DNA of 64,000 nt, taken from positions 182,965 through 246,964 of the forward strand of contig CAJINV010000019.1 in NCBI GenBank assembly GCA_905178155.1, read 5' to 3'. The first letter of the stretch is position 1, and every line of letters starts with the position of its first letter. The DNA comes from Amoebophrya sp. A120 (lineage: Eukaryota > Protista > Dinoflagellata). The notes below the pieces were generated by a model. That model was not told where the DNA came from and ran no database searches. It saw only the letters and a list, made by a program, of their open reading frames with translations. The position numbers and the translations under genes are program-made. Positions 50,301 to 59,900 of this stretch are shown here, piece by piece.

Positions 50301-51432
50301 TAACATCTGAGGAAGCCATATGGTCGAGAGCCACTTTCTGCCCGTTGTCCGCCGTAAACTGGGTCCCTTTCGTCAGCCGTTTCCGCTTGTCCTTGATCAT
50401 CTGTGCGAGCTCCAGGATCGTCCCGGTCACTTCCACGTTGTCCATTTTCAGACTTGCGGTTTCGGCCGCCGTGTCGCGCTGCGTGGCCTCGGTGTTCACA
50501 ATCGCCGCGCATCTTGGCGACGCCGCATTTTCCAGAGTCACGAGACCACTGTGGCTGAACAGGATCTTATGGAGCTCTCAAATGTTACATTCTCAGCTGT
50601 TACATGAATTTGTAATGCAAGAATGGGATGAAAAGTGGAAGGGGGGAAGTTGCGCCTATTGCATTACAGGTTTGGCGCAGATTCTCAGCCTCTTGGGCTC
50701 TTCGACAATTTGTAATGCGAAGCAGCTTGATCGTTTCGATTTCTGATTGCCATTTTGCATGACAAACAAGGCCCACCCGAGCGTGGGGACAGGGTCCCCA
50801 CGCTGGGGCCTTGTGCCCTTCCCTAGTGGCGCTAGTGGGGGAAGGGTGTTCGGCATCGGGGCGGACAGCGTCCGCCCCTCGCCTCACACCAGGCGCACGC
50901 ATGGTGGCTCAGTGCGCGAAGCACTAGTGGGGGAAGGGTGTTCGGCATCGGGGCGGACAGCGTCCGCCCCTCGCCTCACACCAGGCGCGCGCATAGTGGC
51001 TTAGTGCGCGAAGCATTAGTGGGCGGGGGAAGGGTCGTGTTCGGCATCGGGGCGGACAGCGTCCGCCCCTCGCCTCACATCAGGGGCGAGCATAGTAGCT
51101 TAGCGCGCGAAACGCTAGAAGTGGGGGAAGGCAGGGCGTTCACCCGTCGCGGGCACCTGTCAAGGTCACCTGTCAAGGTCACCTGTCGAGGTCACCTGTC
51201 GAGGTCACCTGTCGAGGTCACCTGTCGAGGCCACCTGTCGAGGTCGCCTGTCAAGGTCACCTGTCAAGGTCACCTGTCGCCGGGGGTATGCCGTACCAGA
51301 GCCCGGAAGTCAAGCAATGTAAATATTAATCATGTAACAATTGAGAATGTACCGTTTGAGAACGCCATAGATCTTTGTGGCATCCTGGGAAAGGACTCGT
51401 CCTCTACTGGTGGTGCGCGAAGGGCGAGGCAT
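41340..51432 (-). CDS. Calpain-like cysteine protease, paralog 2
   Basis: QHNVGDCWF, GELWPVFVEKAFAK, GLIPGHVFSLLDV, KIRNPWGHGEW, DDGVFFQQWEDF; colinear with paralog 1. 19 introners plus GT-AG intron 44461-44703. Candidate ATG 51432, TAA at 41340. Confidence 0.87.
41470..41691. mobile_element. Introner, decayed singleton family
   Basis: Ends TATCACAC../..GTGTGATA; TSD TCGCG/TCGCA; frame restored. Confidence 0.75.
41752..42840. mobile_element. Introner family A carrying a nested insertion
   Basis: TSD GCCTT; 1089 bp. Confidence 0.9.
41837..42652. mobile_element. Nested 816-bp insertion with 11-bp TSD (possibly SINE/non-LTR-like)
   Basis: ATTGCATGACC at 41826-41836 and 42653-42663; no TIRs; no long ORF. 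Confidence 0.75.
42919..43230. mobile_element. Introner family H
   Basis: TSD CCGTC. Confidence 0.93.
43297..43548. mobile_element. Introner family A (A1)
   Basis: TSD GAGAA. Confidence 0.95.
43989..44340. mobile_element. Highly decayed introner-like intron
   Basis: TAT../..CATA ends; interrupts LEGxNGKLKWC, which is contiguous in paralog 1. Confidence 0.55.
44938..45256. mobile_element. Introner family A, decayed
   Basis: One clear A arm; TSD lost, but removal of element plus 5 nt restores frame. Confidence 0.75.
45391..45572. mobile_element. Introner family B, partly decayed
   Basis: TSD AATGA. Confidence 0.88.
45698..46094. mobile_element. Introner family J, decayed
   Basis: Ends TATAACCTGCTCA../..TGAGCAGGTGATA; TSD CATCT/CATTT. 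Confidence 0.78.
46116..46264. mobile_element. Introner family B
   Basis: TSD TTTTC. Confidence 0.92.
46307..46627. mobile_element. Introner family C
   Basis: TSD GGTAC. Confidence 0.93.
46825..47131. mobile_element. Introner family K (TIR TAY-N7-AAAAATGCCWCCAMC)
   Basis: TSD GAAAG. Confidence 0.85.
47194..47458. mobile_element. Introner family A
   Basis: TSD ACGCG. Confidence 0.93.
47511..47775. mobile_element. Introner family A
   Basis: TSD GGGTC. Confidence 0.93.
48247..48509. mobile_element. Introner family A
   Basis: TSD CGTGG. Confidence 0.95.
48876..49133. mobile_element. Introner family A (A1)
   Basis: TSD CAGCA. Confidence 0.95.
49434..49768. mobile_element. Introner family C
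   Basis: TSD AACAG. Confidence 0.92.
49795..50029. mobile_element. Introner family I (TIR TATGGMGTTCTCAAMTGTTACATTCTCAACTGTTACATG)
   Basis: TSD CGGTC. Confidence 0.92.
50065..50320. mobile_element. Introner family J (TIR TAT..CTCAG.TGTTACAATCTCAAA)
   Basis: TSD TGGTC. Confidence 0.92.
50832..51131. repeat. ~92-bp tandem repeat, 3 copies plus a partial, each with a GGGGCGGAC-AGC-GTCCGCCCC hairpin
   Basis: Unit starts at 50832, 50924, 51016. Confidence 0.9.
51136..51278. repeat. 13-bp tandem array (RAGGTCACCTGTC) x ~11
   Basis: Directly visible; first two units are degenerate. Confidence 0.95.
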
Positions 51433-52509
51433 AGTGATCGAATGATCTAAGTACGGTCTCCTGCAGCGTGGTAAGTAAGTTTTTTTAAAAAGAGTGCGTG
51501 ATCTGGTGGTGTTGAAAATTTTATCTTAGCAGGTCGTTATCTTCTCGCGAAGACAATAGAAACTACAAATTTGCGTGTAAAAATCTTCTTCGATCGGCGA
51601 CCATGTCGTGGTGAGTCATTTTTCATGGTTCGCTGCTGCAATCTTACTTCTAATTAGCGATTCTTACACCAGAGGGAAGCCTAACTGGGAGAGACGAAAA
51701 CTAAAACGGCAGCAGCCGCAACTAAAACCGATAGACATGATGAACCGCGAGGACCAAAACCACACTACACCAGGTAGAAAACGAAAAGTAGAGGAAAATT
51801 TTCTGCAAGAAGTGAGAGTGTAGAAATGAAAAGCTGAAGATGCAAAAATCACAGTGGTATGAGTTCTTTCTACGACGAGACCATGAAAGTTTAATGTTGA
51901 CGATGAAGAAGCTTATTACAAGGACGACACGTCGGCGAGGAGACACTTCAACCTGTGCTAAACCAGGACTGAAGGACGAGCAAGGAACGACTATTATGCA
52001 ATCTATTCAACGAGAAGGAGAACTTCGAATGCGGACGGACATGACTGTCTGTGGTCCTGATCGTGAACGACAACGCACGTACGTGAACGCAACGATGAAT
52101 TGACGACGGCGAGGTAAAAGTAAATTCAAGAACGAGTGGAAGAACCAACGTTTCGTACTTTGTATATTTGTGGTGACAGCAGCAGTATTAACTCTTTATT
52201 CATGCTCCCGTTACACAACATACATAGTTAGTTAGTACTCCTAGTGTCAACATCGTTTTCTCGAACTGTAGTCGGTGCTAAGCAAGCTGTTGTTCATGCA
52301 CGGAGCCGTGTGCTATTTGTTCGTCCACAGAATGTTAATTTCACTTCCATTCGTTGCATTTTTTTGCACGGTCGTTGCATTCCAACAGAGCAATGGCAAT
52401 CACATCAATCTATCAGCGCAAATCAACATGAAGCAAAATGTGCTTTTAGTTCCGATAACTACTTTCAGAATATTGATCAATCCACACCGCTGACGAAATT
52501 TTCCTGGTC

Positions 52510-55500
52510 CTACTCCGCCGGGTCATCCTTGCTCATATCGGCTGCGCTGCTCATGTCTATATTGGTGAACTTCTCCTCTTCGACACCCTCGTCTTGCTCC
52601 GCCGCGCGGATCAGGCTCGAGAGCCCCGTGTTGGTCGCCTGCTCCAGGGAATCCAGCACGTTCGCGTGGGTCTTTTTGCTGCCCATCTTCTGGCACACGA
52701 AGAAAAGCATGGAGGCGGAGAGTATTATCACTGCTGCCCAGAGGAAACCTGGGTCGATGCGAGAAAGTGAAAGATCATGCACTTTTTTCCTCAAAACCAA
52801 AAACTACAGGCTGCTCTGTCAAGAGACAACACACGAGTGAGTCTGTTTGGAAGAATAAGAACGATAGACTACAAGTACCAAATTCTCTCGATTACAGTGC
52901 ACGACCATGACTATCAAAAGCACTATGTAAAGCCCACCTTTCAGGATCTTTTGCGATTTGTTCACATCGGCGAGGGGTCTTCTCACGAACAAGCTCGCGT
53001 TTCCGTAGCTAAGGCGGTTTTCCATGAGCGCGCCAGTTTCGCCAGCAAAGAAGGTGCAGTGGTGGGAACCGTACATGACAAATCCCGTACAGCCGATCTG
53101 TACGCACTTTTCTTCGCACCGTGTTTGCGACGATGCAGCGTTGATGCGCCCGATCTCCCCGTCCTCTATCATCGTCGACGGGTATTGTACGAATTCTTTC
53201 GTCATAAAAGCCGCACTATCCAGTGCAAATATGTCTGGGTCTGGAAGATGATTACGAAGTTTGTCATGCTTGTCTTCCATGACTTTGGGCTCTGTGTTGC
53301 GTATTCCGCAAGAGAAACAGCGTTTTTGCATGACAGAGTACATGTCATCGTTTTTGCATGTTGACACTGACAGAGTGCATGTCATACTTGCGGGTGCATT
53401 ACAGAGTGCTATATTATATAACTGACTTGCATCACAACCTTTCAGACCCAGACATATTTGCGATGCATACGCATCAAACCGCGTTGGATTGGTGATTACC
53501 CGGTCGAGCTCCTCAATCGCGGTGTGGACCTGATTAGATTTGTGACGTCAAAACCGAATGTGTTCAAGCGAGCCCAGCATTACAAATCAGGCAAACAAAC
53601 TACAGGCAGCAAGTATAGTAAGGAATATGATCATCTTGGAGGTAAAACTACGATACGGATTATAATCAGCATGGTATGTAAGTACCCACGTATGCCCTAT
53701 CGGCCGGCTCATGTCCGCCTGTGTCTTCGGCAAATAGCGGAATCGCCTTTTTTCGTTGTACAACACCAGTTCATTGGGCGACACCGAAAAGAATTCAAAG
53801 GCGTACTGGGTTCCGTAAAAATTTCGTTGATCCAACAGCAGCGACGCGGGGGACCCTTCCGGTTGCGGGATCTGGTGTGGTAGCGATGATCATCGTGGTA
53901 ATGGTATTGTTCGAAATAGGATAAACAGATGCGCTTGGCTGGTCAGAAACAGAATGTTAGTGTTACACTTACAGCTTATGCGCCTGCATGAAGATAAAAA
54001 TCTTCGCATGATCATGTGTATTACTGGTACTGCATGAGAACCGAGAAGTATCAAAAGGGTATTATATCAAGTTCCATACCTTAGAGCACGAACTGGAGTC
54101 CCAGCCGAGGCCAAAGCTGAGGATCGCGACAAAGTATCGCAAGAAAAAACTCTTTCACTGTAAACTTGTCATGCAGAAAATGTATCTGAGAAGTATTTGT
54201 CTTGCTACACATGCAAGACAATGGATTTTTAGCTGTGTTTTCCCTTTGGAGTCTCGCATGGCAAATGTTCTCTGTGATGTAGAGCAAACTTGTGATGCAA
54301 AACTTGCAAAATCCTTACAGTGAAACACTTTTTTCGTCCGATACAAAGTGTATCTCGGGAAAGATTTTCGCCAATTGCGCAAAATGCCGGTACTGGGTTA
54401 TGACCTGCTCAAACGTTACAATCTCAAACGTTACAATAGAATTTGTATTTGGATTTGGTGTTGCATGTTGACGAGCATGACAGACTCGGACAGCATTCCA
54501 CTTTCTGCAATAAGAATTTCGCCAGATTGTAGTGCAGTTTGGGACGACTCCGGAGCTTGTCATGCGCAATCCTATGAGAGTTGGCTACATGATGCACCTC
54601 TTGCATCACAGATTTCGACATTCTATTGTAACGCTTGAGATTGAAACACCTGAGCAGGTGATATGGGTCCGGCTAAAGTCTGAGTCTGCGTCGAGGAACA
54701 ACAGCGCGAGCGGGTATCAAGAAGAAAAATCCGGCCTCCCCATATCAAAAGAAAATTTCTGATGCTGGATTTGCGTACACAAATGAGGTCTGTCTTGCTG
54801 CCAGGAATTGCGGGCAGATTCTTAGGCTGTTTAGGTGCGCAACGGTCTAGCTGTTTAGCATGGGAAACGCCTGCCCCGTAGGCCAAGCAGCATGACAAAT
54901 CGCATCCATAATGCGGCGCATCCCTCAGCGCTTGCCTTCTTGCAAGACAAAAATAATTTGAGACCGAAAATCTGCATCACAAATTTTGCGACGGATGCCT
55001 TTTCAATATGGGGAGGGGGGATTTTTCCTCACAATAGCGGGCCTTTCGCGTTCAGGGTCCGCGATACGCCGACGCAGGATTATGGAAGTGTCAGAACCGA
55101 AATTGACAAAGTCGAAAAATTTGTGATGCACAAAACCGCCGCCAGTTAGAGCCTCAGTTTCCAAGTGGCGCATGAGAAATTTCGGGAGCACCCAAATCCA
55201 GTCTGTCATGCTATTTGGGCAAAGAAGACTGCTCCTGTCATGCTACTCTGGCAGCATATTGTATAGCCCTACACAGGCTTGCCATCGGTCTCATTTGCCT
55301 GCTCCCCAATACAGGCCTTGCGGGCCCTACATTTTATGCATCGCAAATTTTTCGACTTTGTCGATTTCGATCCTGACACTCCCATAAGGATTTCAGCTGA
55401 AATAGCCCGTCATTTGGGAGCGCCAGGGGCGGAAACGAAGTTGGGTAGGCGGTGACGGGGGACACCAGTGAAGATGATGATGATGTTATCGTCGTTATAG

Positions 55501-55549
55501 TACAGCCTAGGAAGACGTGGGAGAGGAAAATCCTTAATATCCAGGACAT
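52510..55549 (-). CDS. Candidate type I membrane protein with signal peptide, PAN/apple-like Cys motif, TM helix and acidic tail
   Basis: N-terminus MSWILRIFLSHVFLGC; CEEKCVQIGCTGFVMYGSHHCTFF; TM FLWAAVIILSASMLFFVC. 5 introners plus canonical-looking introns; middle exons only partly traced. Confidence 0.55.
53217..53469. mobile_element. Introner family A
   Basis: TSD CGCAC/CGCAT. Confidence 0.9.
54135..54343. mobile_element. Introner family E (TIR TATCG..GAAAAAA...TTTCACTGTAA)
   Basis: TSD CAAAG. Confidence 0.9.
54399..54663. mobile_element. Introner family J
   Basis: TSD TGGGT. Confidence 0.9.
54715..55036. mobile_element. Introner family C
   Basis: TSD GCGGG. Confidence 0.92.
55081..55386. 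mobile_element. Introner family H
   Basis: TSD AGGAT. Confidence 0.93.
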
Positions 55550-56948
55550 AATGCCGGTTGATGTTCCAGATGAGGTCGTCGTCCCACGTGATGCCCGTGG
55601 GCCCCTTCTGTAGTGACCTCCGCCGGACACCTGCATTTTTGTTGTATCGATTCCCTCCTGCGCGGACGCGGCCTCAGATAGAGGCCAACACACGAACAAA
55701 TGGATTACAGATTCCAGGACCCGGTTGCCGCGGCGGTATAGCAGTAGTTTGAAGCTTCTTCTATCTCAATAGGCAGCTGGGCCTCGTGAAGAGAGCCCCT
55801 TTTTCTTTGGAACGAAGGAATGTTGACCAACATCATCCAATTCTTGGTGGGAATTCCAGATAGCAACCTGATCCACGCAAAGATGACAGACCACGAAGGT
55901 GAATGATCAACCGAATCATTGCTATTCATACGTCGGACAAGCCGGTGGAAAAGATCTTTCTCAGAAGAACTCAAACTGGATTCCCCTCCTCCGGGGCTTT
56001 ACTGTTCCCGACCGCAACAAGACCCCGCCGTCAAGAGGTTGGTAGAAAAGCACTTTCAGATTTGCACGAACAAATCATTTTTATTCCATGTTGTGTTTTA
56101 CCAAGCCAACTACATTGAGAAAATTTTGGAAAGAAGATTTTCGCCCAGATTCGCGGGTCATCGTCCAGCAGGACCTCGCCCGTGCTGTGTGGTCCTCTAT
56201 TTCTACATGTTTTATTCACAATGGTTCTCATACGAAAATGGATATTTATAAAATCTAAAGCTAAACACAATAGCACAACAATGTGGTCAGGTTGAAAAAG
56301 TTCTCGGCCGGTTCGTGGCTCTTCAAACGATAGCTGTCACGCCTGTGTATCGCAAACACTTCGGACGACCATGCCTGAACTTTCTTAGGCAACAGCTGCT
56401 GCACACGGAAATGTAAATGACAAAATGCTGACACTGAATTGACGTTGACCGGTATGTGATTGTCTTTGTCAGCATTGAATTTTGCATATATTCATAGACG
56501 AACGCGTGCAACGCGCAAGAAATAACGATAAAGCGAAAGCGAAACTAAAAGTGCATTTTTTTTCATATGACATTCGATTTCAACAAACTACAGCGCAACG
56601 GCACTGGTAAAACAAGTTGAATAAACTTGCTTCTGCAGTTTCTCGTGCAAGCTCGCATTTAAATTTGAATAATTTCGTCCGTTACAATGAGTACGCAATT
56701 TCATCGCGAAGGAGGATTCAAATTAGGATGCTGGCTTCTAACCACAGTGGCAGCCCGTCATTTGCATTTCTTTGTCTCAATAGTGTGTCTGTCTTTGTGT
56801 TTAAGCAACTTCATTAAAGCATCACGTAGTATGTAACTTCTTTATGCTTATCGTACAAGTGAAACTAGACTCCATCACTAGACGGTAGCGGCCGCGCTAG
56901 TGAAAGATAGAGGACCGCCTGCTTGTTCAGCAAAAAAGCGTTAATCGC

Positions 56949-59900
56949 CTAGTACTTCTGCGATTCCTCCACCGCTCCAGCTTTCGCCGCGCCCGCGTCT
57001 TCCAAAACCACCGAAGCCTTACTCAGTTGCATGGAGGTTGCTTCTTTGGAACTCACCCGGATATCCATGATTTTGACCGCCTCTTCTGGTTCGACGCCGT
57101 TCTCGCACGCGCCCCCGTTGAAGACGGACAGCATTACATCCTGTGTAAAATAAACTACGCGGCCCAAACCGACCTCAGAGCTGTCGTGCAAAGTACTATG
57201 TGCCTTCCTGAATGGTTTCTCATGCGCACCCACATTTTGAAATTAGGCTTTTTCTAACGCTACCTGAGAGCTTGTCATGCCAGAATCAGGATGAGGATGA
57301 GCTGGTCGATTAATCACATGAGGCTGCACTAGGTACACAAGATGGCAGTACAAACCCAAACACGTCAACATGCGCAACAGCCAAAATAAACTTGTTGATT
57401 TGTGTCGCTGCAACATGAAGATGTCCGTCTTGACAGCTCTAGTAGAGTGGGGACTCGTTTATCATTTTACACAGGATATAAGACCGGCAGAATGATCAAG
57501 GAATTGATGAACCCGAAAGGATATCAAACACAAACAAATATCAATATGTCATCTCGAAGGTCTGGAAAATAAGTGCACCTACCTGCTTTGCCATGCATAG
57601 ATATGTTACATGACCAATGACGCTCCTCGTCTGTGATATGTGTCCTAGCATCACAAATGAAGATCTTCTGAGTGCTTTTTGATTTTGATGCCTATTCCGC
57701 AACGTGAGAAAGACTCAGACTCAGACATAGATACTTATTTGCAGTTGATAACAAAACGACCAGCACCAACACCTTGAAAAAGACGGAAAACACGTAGGAT
57801 GCGGAAAACGCCAGCACAATCACCGCGAGCAGTGTGGACAAGAGCGCTATGCATTGCAAATATCCCTGGAAGATGTCTGGAAACTCGTGATGCAAGGAAG
57901 GGGATTATAGCAAGCACACTGTCACGCGCTGCCAAGCATGACAAGCTTTTATTTCGTGGCTCTGCTTCTGAGTTGCGTTGTCCGCATGAGAAACCGCGTT
58001 TTTGCAACATGACAGGCATAGGCGAGAGGAGCTCTCATTTGCGGCCACGCAACACAGATCCCAGAGTCATGCCAGACTAGCATGACAAACCTCGCGATCT
58101 CCTAGACATCCAGGGATATTTGCATTTGATAAGCGCGTTCAGCACCGAGATTCCGATCCGGTTCACCGCGTCAACTATGCAGTGCAAAAGTATCGCGCTG
58201 GCATTGCAATCATGCATTAGCATTACAAATCTTTTCCCCAAGGTAAATCAGCATTGCAGAATTTATTTCTCATGCTGAGAAAATTTGTAATGCATTTATA
58301 CGAGTACGATACTTTCACAGTTCATAGCAATGGCTTTCTTGTTCCCCGTGCTCTCCACACTGTGGCGGAACATGTGCCCGATGTGCGCCGAGTAATCGAC
58401 AGACAAACCGATGCATCAAATGCAAATATGTCTGGGTCTGGAAGAGTGCCAGACTTGTCATGCAGGTTTTCCATGACCCATGAGGTCTGGTATGTAGGAC
58501 ATAGCATGACAGATTTTGTGAGCGTTCTATCATGCCTATTCTGCATGAGAGACTGCCTCTCGATTAGGTCAAAAGTGAACAGCTTTTGGTAATCATGCAA
58601 CACAGATTTTTCCATGATTCAGATTTAGCATGACAAGTTGGTTCCAGACCCAGACACTTTTGCATTTGATACGATGCAGATCACCGTGTAGATCGAGATC
58701 ACGCCGTTGATCGGCTTATGGAAGCGTCAGAAGTGAAATCGATAAAGTTGAAATAATTTCTCATGCATAATTTGCGAGGCATGAAGTGCCTCTCTTGCAG
58801 GGATGGCAAGAGAAGCCGACTGTAGACCTGTTTGAGGTCTGCGAAAGAGCTGCTATAAAGTAGCATGACAAAAGACGCCTTCTGTGCCTAAAAAGCATGA
58901 CGCGCTGGATTTAGACGGTGCCGAAATTTGTCATGCGCCGCTTAGGCTTAGAACATGGGTTGCCAACTGGTTGTATCGATTTTATGCATTACAAGTTATT
59001 TCTTCAACTTTGTCAATTTCAATCCTGACACTCCCATACGGCTCGCCTAACCAGTAGTAAAACCCGACCACGTTCAAAATGGTGGACAACACGGAAATAT
59101 CCTGTGCAAAACTATCGCACTCGTAGTAATTGCAGTCATGCATTACAAATTTTTTTCCTAAGTTAAATCCGCATGACAAACTTTATTTCATCTCATGCTG
59201 AGGAAATTTGTAATGCATTTCTAAGAGTACGATACTTTTGCAATGCATAGGAAATGATCACCGGGATGTTTGCGCGGAAGGAGGGAATCATGCAGAGGAT
59301 AATAGCGAGAATCACGCCGGAACAGAGCAACGCGTTGCGCACAAACTCCGGGCCCGTGTAGCCGACCTCCTCCCACCAGAGGAATTCGAAGCCAAAGGGA
59401 AAGGAATTCCCACCCGCGCAGAGGTTTGGCACTTCGGACCGGAGCGCCTCCATCGTGTCCCATCTGTCCGTGCCCTCGTTGATGTACTGCTTGCGCAAGA
59501 TTCCGTTGGAAACGCGGACGGCCTGGAAGCCGCTGCTGGGCACCGCGGCGTTTACCCAGGTGAAGTCTTCCGCGGTGCCGGATATCCTGAGGAAAAACGT
59601 ACCCACACCAGAGTTGTAATGCAGATTTGCAAAGACAGGAAGACTTGTAATGCGCATCTGCATGAGTGCCATTTCTATATCGTGTTTTGGAATTTGTGAT
59701 GCTGTGGACAGGATGAGGAGGTGGATTTGTTATGCGGCTTCCCTTGCTAAACTGCACTACAATACAGCCTGCAACTTGTCATGCGTGACTCACAAAACTC
59801 CTAGGTTTGTGTTGCAAAATCCCCATCCTGACTCTGGTGTGGGTACGTTTTTACTCAGGATACCAGAAGCCCCGTAGGTACTCGTTTCCCATATGAATTG

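Larger units (their letters stand above)
50767..51329. mobile_element. Nested ~563-bp insertion with terminal hairpin and tandem repeats (possibly Helitron/Helentron-like)
   Basis: Splits GCATGACAAA|TCATGTAAC of the family-I arm; no clear TSD; hairpin at 50767-50813. Confidence 0.65.
50568..51369. mobile_element. Introner family I carrying a nested insertion
   Basis: TSD GATCT; 802 bp. Confidence 0.9.

Noticed and set aside
50938-51450. 170-aa plus-strand ORF with repeated RGHLSRSPVEVTC
   Set aside because: Artefact of the 13-bp and 92-bp tandem arrays.
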